This document shows positions 1 to 9,626 of a stretch of DNA of 64,000 nt, piece after piece. The notes below the pieces were generated by a model. It was not told the DNA's origin, did no database searches, and worked only from the letters and a program-made list of their open reading frames with translations. Position numbers and translations under genes: made by a program. The DNA comes from Anaerolineales bacterium (GTDB taxonomy: Bacteria > Chloroflexota > Anaerolineae > Anaerolineales > E44-bin32), in the NCBI GenBank assembly GCA_034430425.1, contig DAOUEK010000017.1, positions 16,827-80,826 on the forward strand, written 5' to 3'. Position 1 is the first letter of the stretch. Each line of letters opens with the position of its first letter.

Positions 1-216
1 GCCGGGAGGGAAGGGGTGGCGCGCTAAGCCTGGCGCTGTTCATTCTTGTAATCATCCTGGATTGGATCATTCGCGGAAGCTTCTTTCCCCTCCGCGGGCT
101 TCTGGTTTTTCTTCCTCTTCCAACCACGGCGCTGCTTTTCCTGGTTTGCTGGTTCCGATCCAGAACTCCATAAGCAGGCAGTATTTTGGTAATAGATCAA
201 TCCGGATGGAGGGAAT

Positions 217-837
217 GTGCTTGAATATCTACTGATCGGCGGCGGCTTTACCCTCGCCGCAGCCATTCAACCCGGTCCTTTGCAGGCTTATCTGCTCTCC
301 AGCGTTCTGCAGCGAGGTTGGCGGCGTACGCTTACAGCTTCGTTCGCGCCGCTGATCAGTGATGGGCCGATCGTAGTGATTGCCCTACTCGTTCTCTCCC
401 GTGTTCCTGATTCTTTTCAAACCGTCCTTCGCGTGGCAGGCGGCTTTCTTCTGCTCTATTTCGCCTGGATGGGTTACAGGAATTGGCAGCAAGGAGTAGA
501 CCAAGACTCGGCGCAATCTGACTCTGCGCCGCGGACGTTGTTGCAGGCTGTGATGGTCAATCTGCTCAATCCCAACCCCTACCTCGGCTGGAGTCTGGTG
601 TTGGGCCCTGCTGTCGTGGATGCCTGGCAGAAAGATCACGTCTACGCCGTAGTTAAAGTTACAGCCTTCTACGGTACGATGATCGTCGGTTTGGCGGGTA
701 CCATCTATCTCTTTGGCCGGACAAGCATGCTCGGTCCTCGCGGCCAGCGCGCGTTGGTATTGATTTCCGTGGGGATCCTTACATTGCTGGGCGTTTATCA
801 GTTGGCGGCCGGTCTCTTGCCGGCAGGATCCGCCTAG
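217..837 (+). CDS. LysE/RhtB-family amino-acid efflux protein
   Basis: 206-aa ORF with a GTG start just after GGAGGG. Polytopic hydrophobic profile and N-terminal AAIQPGPLQ-type motif typical of the LysE translocator family. Confidence 0.75.
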   Translation: MLEYLLIGGGFTLAAAIQPGPLQAYLLSSVLQRGWRRTLTASFAPLISDGPIVVIALLVLSRVPDSFQTVLRVAGGFLLLYFAWMGYRNWQQGVDQDSAQSDSAPRTLLQAVMVNLLNPNPYLGWSLVLGPAVVDAWQKDHVYAVVKVTAFYGTMIVGLAGTIYLFGRTSMLGPRGQRALVLISVGILTLLGVYQLAAGLLPAGSA

Positions 838-968
838 CGGATGTTCATTCTCCAGTTGCACAATAACCTCCTCGAATCAATGCAGTCATCAGCGTGATCC
901 TGATGACTGCAGCGGCAACAGGTTTGATTCAGAATGCGGTTATTACCTGATTGTTTCCGGAGGTCGTG

Positions 969-2540
969 ATGAAGAAGTGGATTGTCAATCTCAGTGTCAT
1001 CTTGCTGCTCATCCCGGCTTGCAGCACAACCACGGTGACGGCGTTCCCCGAAGCGACTCCCACTATCGAAGAACCCCGGGCGAGTGTGGAACCAGGTTTT
1101 CCCGAGGTTGTTGTACCAGAACCATCGGACCGTGTGGCGGCGTTCTACTACCCCTGGTATGGGAATGTCGATACCGATGGCAGCTGGGTTCATTGGAATC
1201 AGGCCAACAACCATCCACCCATCGACATCGGCGCCGATTATTATCCACAACTCGGCGCCTACAGCGCCATGGATCCCGATGTTGTGGCGCAGCATTTTGC
1301 CTGGCTGCGAGAAGCCGGGGTTGGGGTGATTATTTCCTCCTGGTGGGGCAGGCAGTCGAATGAAAATGATGCTGTCCCCCTTTTACTCGACATGGGTGAA
1401 CGCTACGGCATCAAAGTAGCCTTTCATATCGAAAACTACGGAGGGCGTTCCGCCAATAGGCTGGTGCAGGACATCAAATACATCTATCAAAATTATGGCG
1501 AACATCCAGCTTTCTTCCGCACAACAAGTTCAAGCCGCTGGAGTCCCGATGATCGCGCCAAGGGGCTGTTTTTCCTCTGGGCATCTGTGGCTCCGGACGG
1601 GGAATCTCCTAGCGTTGAGCCAGGTTACTGGCAGGAAGCGCTGGATGAAATCCACGCACTGCCGGATGGCGGCCTGGTCATCGCCGACCAAAATTCATCA
1701 GAGTGGATCGATCATGGCCACTTCGATGGCTCGTATAACTATGGTGTGCTCACTCTCAATTTTGAATCTGGATACAAATGGGCACGCAGCCTACCGGCTG
1801 ATGCGTTGTATTTCCCTGGGGTGAATCCGGGTTTTTCGGCCGAACGCGTAAACTATCCATCGAATACCAATACCCCTCGCGATGACGGGGATACGTATGA
1901 TAAGCGCTGGGAGATGGCGCTGGATGTGGATATCGAACCCGAGATGGTGGTGATCACCTCCTTCAATGAGTGGCACGAAGGCACCCAGATCGAGCCGGCA
2001 GTATCGGGTTTGCAAGACAGCCACGGACGGTCTTATAAGGATTATGCTCCACTGGCACCCGAAGGATACCTGGAACTCACCCGCAAGTGGGTGGACACAT
2101 TTGTGGCGATGGACTGGCCGGAAATCAACTCGCAGCGAGTGCGTATCCGCCTGGCAACCACCTCAGATTGGACCGGTCTAAACCTGGTTTCAGGAGGAGA
2201 GTGGCTTCAACCAACGACTCTATCCGCCAGTGAATACGCCAGTACTGCTAGCGTACAGAACGATGGCTTCGCGCTCAATCAGCCCATCGAACAGGCAGAG
2301 ACGGGTAACCTGATTGAGATGATCGTCGACATTCAGTTAACTGATCTGCAAAGTGGTGGGGCTGTCGTCTTTGAGATAACTCGCGGCAACATCGGGATGA
2401 CCTGGGTGGAGTTCTGTCGTTTTAGCGATGGCGAGCCGGTGCTGATCGATTCCGTCCGCTGGGGGGGAATCACCGGTGATGGACGCAACACACGCAGCTT
2501 CGAGATTCAAGCCGATGCACTGTTTGCAGGCGCACCTTGA
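969..2540 (+). CDS. secreted lipoprotein, GH99-like glycoside hydrolase (endo-alpha-mannosidase family) with unknown C-terminal domain
   Basis: ATG 969 lies 5 nt after GGAGG (the track ORF starts at TTG 951). Signal peptide ends in a lipobox-like LIPAC. Motifs AAFYYPWYGN and ITSFNEWHEGTQIEP are those I associate with GH99. The last ~150 aa are unassigned. Confidence 0.6.
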   Translation: MKKWIVNLSVILLLIPACSTTTVTAFPEATPTIEEPRASVEPGFPEVVVPEPSDRVAAFYYPWYGNVDTDGSWVHWNQANNHPPIDIGADYYPQLGAYSAMDPDVVAQHFAWLREAGVGVIISSWWGRQSNENDAVPLLLDMGERYGIKVAFHIENYGGRSANRLVQDIKYIYQNYGEHPAFFRTTSSSRWSPDDRAKGLFFLWASVAPDGESPSVEPGYWQEALDEIHALPDGGLVIADQNSSEWIDHGHFDGSYNYGVLTLNFESGYKWARSLPADALYFPGVNPGFSAERVNYPSNTNTPRDDGDTYDKRWEMALDVDIEPEMVVITSFNEWHEGTQIEPAVSGLQDSHGRSYKDYAPLAPEGYLELTRKWVDTFVAMDWPEINSQRVRIRLATTSDWTGLNLVSGGEWLQPTTLSASEYASTASVQNDGFALNQPIEQAETGNLIEMIVDIQLTDLQSGGAVVFEITRGNIGMTWVEFCRFSDGEPVLIDSVRWGGITGDGRNTRSFEIQADALFAGAP

Positions 2541-2682
2541 GCCGAGGTTTTGTAGCCATCCGTCGTTTCATGTTGTATGATGGAGTGGTGCTTTCAGCAA
2601 GGGTAAACGCCATCCTGGAAGTAGATCAGAACTGTGGGGACAGCATGTGGTATGTAATCGGTGATCGACATATTTGGAGGGG

Positions 2683-3705
2683 ATGATGCAACGTAAATAT
2701 GATTTCATTAAATTTCTGGCCCTTATCCTCGTAGTGGTTTTGCCAGGATGTTCATCAGCTGCAACATATGGATACGATGCTTACGAATTGGCTGCTGAGC
2801 CCGACTTTGGCGAGGCGGATTACGCTGAGCCGATGGAAGCAGAAGCTCCTGGAGCGCCTCGCATGGATGATTCGGCTGACTCCGATCGTGCGAACAGCGG
2901 GACATCCGAAAAAGCGCTGCTCGATTTTGGGTACAGCACGAATCGCATGATCATTAAAAACGCCGAGATATCCCTGTTGGTCGAAGACGCAGATACCGCC
3001 ATCGATCGCACTGCCCAGATCGTCGACGATGTCGGCGGATATATCATCAGTTCCCGAGTCTGGTATCAGGATTGGGGTTCTGAATCCTACAAGTACAGCA
3101 CCATCACCATCGGTGTGCCGGTCGAGGAATTCGAGCGCACGATACGCCGTCTGCGAGATATCGCCGTCAAGGTGATGGATGAGAATGCCTACGGTGAGGA
3201 TGTCACTGACGAATACGTCGATCTCGAATCACAGCTCTCCAATCTCGAAGCGACACGCGATCGTATTAAAACCTTCCTGGATCGCGCCAACACTGTAGAA
3301 GAAGCGCTGGAAGTGAATAAGGAACTCTCTCAGATCGAGGGCCAGATCGAAGAGATCCGCGGTCGAATGAACTACCTCGAGGACCGTGCGGCTTTTTCGA
3401 CGATCACCATCACCATTTCGCCGGATCTGCCGGAGTTGATCCCCACGCCGACTTTGACGCCGACGGTGACGAACACGCCGAAGCCCACCATGACGCCCAC
3501 ACCGTGGGATGCTTCGAAAACCGTAGTGCGCGCAAAACACACGCTAACCCAGACCTATCACGGTTTGTTTGAGGTGGCGATCTGGATTGGGCTGTATCTC
3601 ATACCCACTCTCGGCCCTCCGGTCCTGATCATCCTCTTGATCTGGTTCATCTGGAAAAAGCGATCGTCGATCCAGAAACCAGCTGAGGATGATGCTGAAA
3701 AGTAA
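2683..3705 (+). CDS. DUF4349 domain lipoprotein
   Basis: Lipobox LPGC. The IIKNAEISLLVEDADTAIDR...GGYIISS block, a coiled-coil segment (EYVDLESQLSNLEATRDRIKTFL...) and a C-terminal TM helix match the DUF4349 architecture. Start is ATG 2683 or 2686 after GGAGG. A PT-rich linker lies at about 3420-3520. Confidence 0.8.
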   Translation: MMQRKYDFIKFLALILVVVLPGCSSAATYGYDAYELAAEPDFGEADYAEPMEAEAPGAPRMDDSADSDRANSGTSEKALLDFGYSTNRMIIKNAEISLLVEDADTAIDRTAQIVDDVGGYIISSRVWYQDWGSESYKYSTITIGVPVEEFERTIRRLRDIAVKVMDENAYGEDVTDEYVDLESQLSNLEATRDRIKTFLDRANTVEEALEVNKELSQIEGQIEEIRGRMNYLEDRAAFSTITITISPDLPELIPTPTLTPTVTNTPKPTMTPTPWDASKTVVRAKHTLTQTYHGLFEVAIWIGLYLIPTLGPPVLIILLIWFIWKKRSSIQKPAEDDAEK

Positions 3706-3862
3706 GAGTTATAAGATCGGAATTGAACCCAGAAATATCGTCATATCGTTTCTGAACCACGTAAATACGGGCAGTAAAAATACATCATGTCCTGATTGCA
3801 CGCCTATGCGTGAGTTCAGTTTGGATTAATTATTTATCGACCTGATCCAGACGGGAGACTCG

Positions 3863-5122
3863 ATGGGAGCGTTCTACCGAAGCTACAGCATTCCAGGCGA
3901 CGTACATGAGGCCGTAGAGCAGAAGATCAGAACCTGGCTCTCTCGAAAAGGTTTTTCCGAGATCGAAGATCACAGTGTGATCGATCACGAAGGAGATGGC
4001 GAGCGGGCGTTCTATCTATACTGGAGCGATCGCTGGACGATTATTCTCTACAGCCACTTCGAGGAAGATGAAAGGCTGTTGTTCGAGTTAAATCTATTAC
4101 AACTTCCTATCCTTCATCTCTGGGTGCTGGATAGTGACGTTTGGGGCTACGAGCTTTACTCGCAGCGTAAACCACTGGTTGCCTTTAGCTCGCAACCAAA
4201 TTATTACGATTCAAACGAGCTTCCCGGCGTCCCCAATGATGTTCCCACACTGCTGGCGAAGTTCGCTCTGGAAGATCTTACAGCAGCCGATATCGCTGCG
4301 ATACAGAAGAAAAAGGGGATGTTCAAGGAAAGAATCTGTGAAGAATTTGCCAAAGCCATTGGCGCTCGTCCCGCTGCCTCTCAGTACGGGTATCTTGCGG
4401 AAAGCGCTGCCGCGTCGCCTGGGTTTTCCTTCGTCCATCACCGATTCCGCAAACGTGGCTTCGATCTCGTCGGGAACTTCGATCTTCACCTACGTCAGGC
4501 GAAATCTGGCGGGGCGGAAGGATTTTTTCTGCCACAGGATCCTCCGCTTGGTTTCCGGGTCCTCGCATTACTCATGCGGGTTATCGCCATTCCGCTGGGC
4601 TGGCTGATGAGGTTAGTGATAGCCCGAAAAATCAAGTCGGGAGAACTTTCTGAAGGTTTTGGCCTTGGATATACCGGAGAGCATCCCAAAGAATATAGCT
4701 TCGCGGAAAATCGATTGGAGAACCCGAGACGCCGTTGTCGGATTGTATTACCGGACGGCGCCGTTCACGACGATGGCCCGGGGATTCTTCCTTTTGTTAT
4801 TGAGGACCATCAAGTCGTTGCTCGAGCGATATCGGCAAACGAAGCGATGGGCATCCTCTCTGGCTCACAATACCAGACAATCGAGGAGGATACGAATTTC
4901 CGGATCGGTTCCCTGCCGGCGAAATACGTGCTCGCCACGTTCACCATACCGCAGCGCAACCAAGGAACAAGCTACTCCTATCAGTATTTCATCCAGGCCC
5001 CTTTTGCAATTTATCACTTCCTGTTGCTCACAGAAGCGGCCTTGAGTCCTGCTGAAGTCGACAGCTTTCGGAAAACGATCGAATCCTTTGAAATCATCGA
5101 CCAAGAAATGACCGGCAAATAG
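3863..5122 (+). CDS. hypothetical protein (419 aa), no family recognised
   Basis: Long ORF with one central hydrophobic stretch (FRVLALLMRVIAIPLGWLMRLVIA). No motif I can name. Confidence 0.5.
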   Translation: MGAFYRSYSIPGDVHEAVEQKIRTWLSRKGFSEIEDHSVIDHEGDGERAFYLYWSDRWTIILYSHFEEDERLLFELNLLQLPILHLWVLDSDVWGYELYSQRKPLVAFSSQPNYYDSNELPGVPNDVPTLLAKFALEDLTAADIAAIQKKKGMFKERICEEFAKAIGARPAASQYGYLAESAAASPGFSFVHHRFRKRGFDLVGNFDLHLRQAKSGGAEGFFLPQDPPLGFRVLALLMRVIAIPLGWLMRLVIARKIKSGELSEGFGLGYTGEHPKEYSFAENRLENPRRRCRIVLPDGAVHDDGPGILPFVIEDHQVVARAISANEAMGILSGSQYQTIEEDTNFRIGSLPAKYVLATFTIPQRNQGTSYSYQYFIQAPFAIYHFLLLTEAALSPAEVDSFRKTIESFEIIDQEMTGK

Positions 5123-5164
5123 TCTACTGAATCTCGCGGGTCGTTGGGTGCGTTCCTCTTGAAA

Positions 5165-6796
5165 TCATTCCGTAATCGGAAGGCGGCAGGTGAAGCGGGT
5201 GCCGTGTGCTCGATTTTCAACCTGGACCGACCCACCGTGCCCTTCGATGATCGTTTTCACAATGACCAATCCCAATCCGCTTCCGGGATAACCGTAGGCA
5301 TTAGGCGCCCGGTGGAAGCGTTGAAACAGGTGCGGCAGTTCGTTTTCAGGAATGCCGATCCCCCTGTCTTCCACCCAGATGGAGACAATATCAGCTTCTC
5401 TTCGCAAGCCCAGTCCGACCTCACCGCCGCTGTCTGTAAATTTCAATGCGTTGTCGAGCAGGTTCTCAAAAGCGCGGCGCAGTTGGGTTTCGTTGCCCTT
5501 CAACACGGTTGAATCCTCGGGCAGGTCGAGCTGGAAATCGATCTCCGATTGTTCTGCACGTGAAGCGTAGCGTTCGCTCAAATCACGCAGGAGTCCGGTT
5601 AGATCCAGCTGCACCATCTCTTTTTGGTCCATTTTCGCTTCCAGACGCGAAATATCGAGCAAAGCGTTCGAGAGATGCTCCAACCGTTTCGCTTGCTCGA
5701 CGGCCTGTTCGAGATACTTATTCCGCAGGGAAGCCCTCCTTTCGGTTTTAGCGAGGTCGAGATTGGTACGCAGCGCAGTCAACGGGGTGTTGAGTTCGTG
5801 GGCTGCGTCGGAGACGAAGCGGCGTAGTGTCGATACGGTTCCTTCGACCCTTTCGGCCATGCGGTTGAATGTCCTTGCCAGCAGACCCAGTTCGTCCTGG
5901 CGGTCGATATCAACCCGACTGGCGTATTCGCCGTCGGCAATGCGTGCGCTGCTTTTCGATAACGCCAGGATGGGGTGGCTGAGTCGATGGCTGATCCAAA
6001 ATCCTGCTGCGCCTGCCAGGAGAATCGACAAACCTCCAGCGAGCAGCAGCCCGACGAAAACGCTGTTGAGCATAGTTTGGCCGTATGCGGGACCTTCCAG
6101 CAATTCCACGAAACCGAGAAGATCTCCTTCATCGTTGTAATAAGCGAGTTGAAGCTTCTGTTGGGAGCGTGACCCCTCGAAGATCAAAGTGATTCCCAGG
6201 TTGTATCCCAAGGGTTCATCGGAGACCTGGGGAATGAAAACAAGTTTTCGATCCATCTCGTCCGTCTCTGGAAGACGAGATGGGAATTCGGCGATGCGTT
6301 CGTTTTCATCCGTGAATGTATCGCCGGATGCGGATGGGGTGATCACCAGGTTCTCGTCGGAGGTGTCATCTTTATCGATAATGATAAAGGGCTGAAAGAC
6401 GAGATCATCACGACCTTCGCTTTGCGGCTGCTGTCTGTCGAGGAGACGCAACACCAGGTTGAAGTCTTGCGGAGAACCCGTGTCGGCCAGCAGTACGCCC
6501 TGTGCATCCTGAACACGGATCCTGGTTTGTGTGAGGAACGACAGGTTATCAAGATAGACGCTCACAGCGTCAGAAGGGATACTTGCTTCGAATATGGGAA
6601 GGATTCCCGAGTAAACCTCTTCGGCCTTCGCGTGCAAAAAATCCCTTTCCACACGCTGGTAGTGACCTCGCAAGATAACCAGCAATACGATGCCCAGAAT
6701 TACAACGGTCAGGCCGGCGATCCCCAGAAAACTCAGCGGCAGCCGCCAACGGATCGATTTTCGTCCCTTCATGTGTTCCCTACCTCTATCTTTCAT
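5165..6796 (-). CDS. membrane sensor histidine kinase (two TM helices, ~200-aa extracytoplasmic domain, HAMP, HisKA, HATPase_c)
   Basis: H-box SDAAHELNTPL. N/G boxes (LLDNALKFT, DRGIGIP, GSGLGL). HAMP-like segment after the second TM helix. Confidence 0.88.
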   Translation of the reverse strand: MKDRGREHMKGRKSIRWRLPLSFLGIAGLTVVILGIVLLVILRGHYQRVERDFLHAKAEEVYSGILPIFEASIPSDAVSVYLDNLSFLTQTRIRVQDAQGVLLADTGSPQDFNLVLRLLDRQQPQSEGRDDLVFQPFIIIDKDDTSDENLVITPSASGDTFTDENERIAEFPSRLPETDEMDRKLVFIPQVSDEPLGYNLGITLIFEGSRSQQKLQLAYYNDEGDLLGFVELLEGPAYGQTMLNSVFVGLLLAGGLSILLAGAAGFWISHRLSHPILALSKSSARIADGEYASRVDIDRQDELGLLARTFNRMAERVEGTVSTLRRFVSDAAHELNTPLTALRTNLDLAKTERRASLRNKYLEQAVEQAKRLEHLSNALLDISRLEAKMDQKEMVQLDLTGLLRDLSERYASRAEQSEIDFQLDLPEDSTVLKGNETQLRRAFENLLDNALKFTDSGGEVGLGLRREADIVSIWVEDRGIGIPENELPHLFQRFHRAPNAYGYPGSGLGLVIVKTIIEGHGGSVQVENRAHGTRFTCRLPITE

Positions 6797-7029
6797 CGTT
6801 CGTACATAAAATTATCCGATGTGTTGAAGCGATCCTTCGGACCTGTCATGGAGAGATATGGGATGGATCGACCCACGAGAGTGTACGAATTCACACTCCC
6901 GTAGGGTCAGCGATCCTGGCCTCAGGCCAAGTAAGTCATTGTATCCCGAAAATCCGGCTGTGCATTCCTTTGCCCAGGCCTTTAACGTGAACGACTTCGT
7001 TCAACGGAACCATCGCGGCGGTGAAAACA

Positions 7030-7572
7030 TCATCGACCAACCAGCGTCGGAGGCAGCATATAGACCAGGACATCGGCGATGATTCGATCCCCACGGCGCT
7101 CTCCCCATACCTGTAAGAAGCTGAGTGACCCCAGCTCTTCGATCGATCCGGGTTTGAGTGTTTGCTTCAAGGTATCCCCGTCCTTGAGTTCGCTGATCTT
7201 GTTTGATGTGATGTCGCTGTATATCTCGGTTTCATTCGTAACGACGATTTCCGTTTCTTCGTCACCGGCATTGGTGGAGACGTTGCCTTCTTCATCCATA
7301 CTGATTCGAAATCCGCCATCGGTTTCGTGTACGAAGATGGTGTTGTCCTCTCGTCTTGAAAACAGCCCTGCGATTTCGGGTGGTGAATCGGGGAGCTCTT
7401 CCGCAGGAACATACTCGGCTTCGACCATGCTGCCGTCTCCGGAGGAGATCGTTACGTTTCCGCCGCCGACTCGAATGGGACCCAGGCTCTCGTTCAGCAG
7501 CCGTCCGGCCACGTATGCGCCTGCGAGCAGCAATACCGCAACGATTCCGATGATCAACCTTTTTCGTTTCAT
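7030..7572 (-). CDS. hypothetical membrane-anchored/secreted protein (180 aa) downstream of the ABC permease
   Basis: ATG 7572 is preceded by AAGGAG. N-terminal MKRKRLIIGIVAVLLLAGAYVAG signal anchor. Acidic Ser/Thr/Glu-rich body with no recognised family. The track ORF extends to 7641. Confidence 0.55.
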   Translation of the reverse strand: MKRKRLIIGIVAVLLLAGAYVAGRLLNESLGPIRVGGGNVTISSGDGSMVEAEYVPAEELPDSPPEIAGLFSRREDNTIFVHETDGGFRISMDEEGNVSTNAGDEETEIVVTNETEIYSDITSNKISELKDGDTLKQTLKPGSIEELGSLSFLQVWGERRGDRIIADVLVYMLPPTLVGR

Positions 7573-7637
7573 GTTCAAACTCCTTTTTTTGTTTTTGATG
7601 GAATAGTTCATTCCTGAGATTGTTTGTGCATTTCCGT

Positions 7638-8930
7638 TCATTCATAACGCAGCGCCCTAACCGGGTCGAACCCGGCGGCGCGTATCGCTGGGTATAAGCC
7701 AAAGATGGTTCCGGTGAGCAAAGCCACGATAAACGAGATCGGAATACTGAATGGATCCAGCACGGGTGTGCCCTGGTTCAGGATCGCGGCCAGGGGGATG
7801 ATCAAAATACCGACGGCGATTCCCAGCAAACCACTGGCAGCACTGAGCAGTGTGGTTTCGAGCATGAACTGCGCCACGATGTCCCGCTGGCGAGCGCCTA
7901 CGGCCATGCGTACGCCGATCTCGCGTGTGCGTTCCGTGACGCTGACGAGCATCACGTTCATGATGCCGATGCCGCCGACGCTCAGCGAGACAATGGCCAG
8001 GGCGACAAGCAGAAAGGAAAAAGTCTGCGCTGCTTCCTGCTGCGCTCCGAGAATGTCCTTCTTCGTCGACAGGCTGAAATCATCTTCATACTCTCCTTCG
8101 GAATCCTTCTCGATATTGTGGCGCTGGCGCAGGTAGGCGGCGACTTGGGCTTTGGCTTCCGCCATGCGGCTTTCGTCTTCGACGTGAGCGACGAGGGCCA
8201 CCGAGGGTTCTTCGTCATACAGGTTCTTGATCGCCGTACTGATGGGCATGTAGAGCGCTTCGTTGACCCGGCTGCGGCTGCGTTGTTTCGGATCTACCGT
8301 CTCCAGCTCGGCGATCACGCCGATCACCAGACAGCGTTCACGATTGACACGGATGACTTCTCCGACCGACTCGTCGCCCTCGAACAGATCTTCGGCCGTT
8401 TGATATCCCAGCACGCAGACGTCAGCCTGGCCCAGGACCTCTTCGGTGGTGAAGGCACGGCCATGATCGATGAAGGCTTCCACATGCAGCGCTTCGCCTT
8501 CCGGCCAGCCCACAGGTTGAACCTGACCTTGTTCCGCTGCACCCAGCAGCGCGTCGGCGGTGAGACCGATAATGGTCATATCGAGCACATGGCGTTCATG
8601 ACGGACTTTTCCCTCGCCTTGAACGGAAAGCTCCGTCCGGTCGATCAACTCCACTTCGCCGGGCATCAGTAAACCGTCCTCGTAGGAGAGAATCTCGCCG
8701 AAGGGGACCAGTCCGCCGTCCTCGATGGTTTGTTTACCGCTGATCTGGATCTCGTCTGATCCCAGATGCCGGAATTTTTCTTCCACGGCTTTTCGGGCTC
8801 CGTTTCCCAGGGCCAGTGTCGTGATCACCGAGGCCACACCGATGATGATTCCCAGCGCAGTGAGGGCCGCGCGTAGTTTGTTCATGGAGATGCCGCGCAG
8901 TGCAGTGCGGAGTGTGTTCAGAAAGGACAT
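7638..8930 (-). CDS. MacB-type ABC transporter permease (FtsX-like, large periplasmic domain)
   Basis: 430 aa. N-terminal TM helix, ~250-aa extracytoplasmic domain, then three C-terminal TM helices with the FtsX-type MAVGARQRDI motif. Confidence 0.85.
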   Translation of the reverse strand: MSFLNTLRTALRGISMNKLRAALTALGIIIGVASVITTLALGNGARKAVEEKFRHLGSDEIQISGKQTIEDGGLVPFGEILSYEDGLLMPGEVELIDRTELSVQGEGKVRHERHVLDMTIIGLTADALLGAAEQGQVQPVGWPEGEALHVEAFIDHGRAFTTEEVLGQADVCVLGYQTAEDLFEGDESVGEVIRVNRERCLVIGVIAELETVDPKQRSRSRVNEALYMPISTAIKNLYDEEPSVALVAHVEDESRMAEAKAQVAAYLRQRHNIEKDSEGEYEDDFSLSTKKDILGAQQEAAQTFSFLLVALAIVSLSVGGIGIMNVMLVSVTERTREIGVRMAVGARQRDIVAQFMLETTLLSAASGLLGIAVGILIIPLAAILNQGTPVLDPFSIPISFIVALLTGTIFGLYPAIRAAGFDPVRALRYE

Positions 8931-8939
8931 AGATTCACC

Positions 8940-9626
8940 TCAAACCATGCGCCCGTCGCACATCAGTAAAGTGCGATGTGCGAAGTCGGCAACTTGTGCA
9001 TCGTGTGTGACGAGTACGACCGTTCGGCCTTCTTCGTTCAAGGAACGCAGCAGATGCATGATTGTGGTCCCGGTGGTGCTGTCCAGATTTCCCGTCGGCT
9101 CGTCGGCCAGGATCAGTGCCGGGTCGACAACGAGTGCCCTGGCGATGGCCACGCGCTGCCTTTCACCGCCCGACATTTCTGCGGGTCGATGCGTTGTGCG
9201 TTCCTCCAATCCCACGCGCGACAGTGCTTCACTCGCACGCTGCAACGCTCCTTCCGCCTCACGCCGGTAGAGAAGCGGCAGGGCGACGTTTTCGAGTGCG
9301 CTGAGACGGCTGAGCAGGTTGAATGTCTGGAAGACGAATCCGATATGCCTGTTCCGCACCCGGGCGCGTTCGTCGTTGGAGAGTGTGCTCACGTCCTGGC
9401 CTTCCAGAACGTATCTGCCTTCCGTTGGTGTATCCAAACAGCCCAACAGATGCATCAATGTGGACTTTCCGCTGCCCGAAGGTCCCATCAAGGCGATGAA
9501 TTCACCTTTTTCCACGCGGATGTCTACGCCTTGCAGCGCGCGGACTTCCGTCTCGCCCATGCTGTACACTTTCGTCAGATCGTGTGTTTCGATCAAATTG
9601 TGTTTGGATGAACGTTTTGCCTTCAT
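8940..9626 (-). CDS. ABC transporter ATP-binding protein (MacB/LolD-type)
   Basis: Walker A GPSGSGKST, signature LSGGERQRVAIARAL, Walker B LILADEPTGNLD. Overlaps the adaptor gene by 4 nt. Confidence 0.92.
   Translation of the reverse strand: MKAKRSSKHNLIETHDLTKVYSMGETEVRALQGVDIRVEKGEFIALMGPSGSGKSTLMHLLGCLDTPTEGRYVLEGQDVSTLSNDERARVRNRHIGFVFQTFNLLSRLSALENVALPLLYRREAEGALQRASEALSRVGLEERTTHRPAEMSGGERQRVAIARALVVDPALILADEPTGNLDSTTGTTIMHLLRSLNEEGRTVVLVTHDAQVADFAHRTLLMCDGRMV

Noticed and set aside
24-266. 80-aa minus-strand ORF at the left edge, overlapping the LysE start
   Set aside because: Low-complexity Lys/Arg/Gln-rich translation. Its start would overlap the LysE RBS and start. No RBS or family is recognisable, and it is too close to the window edge to judge.
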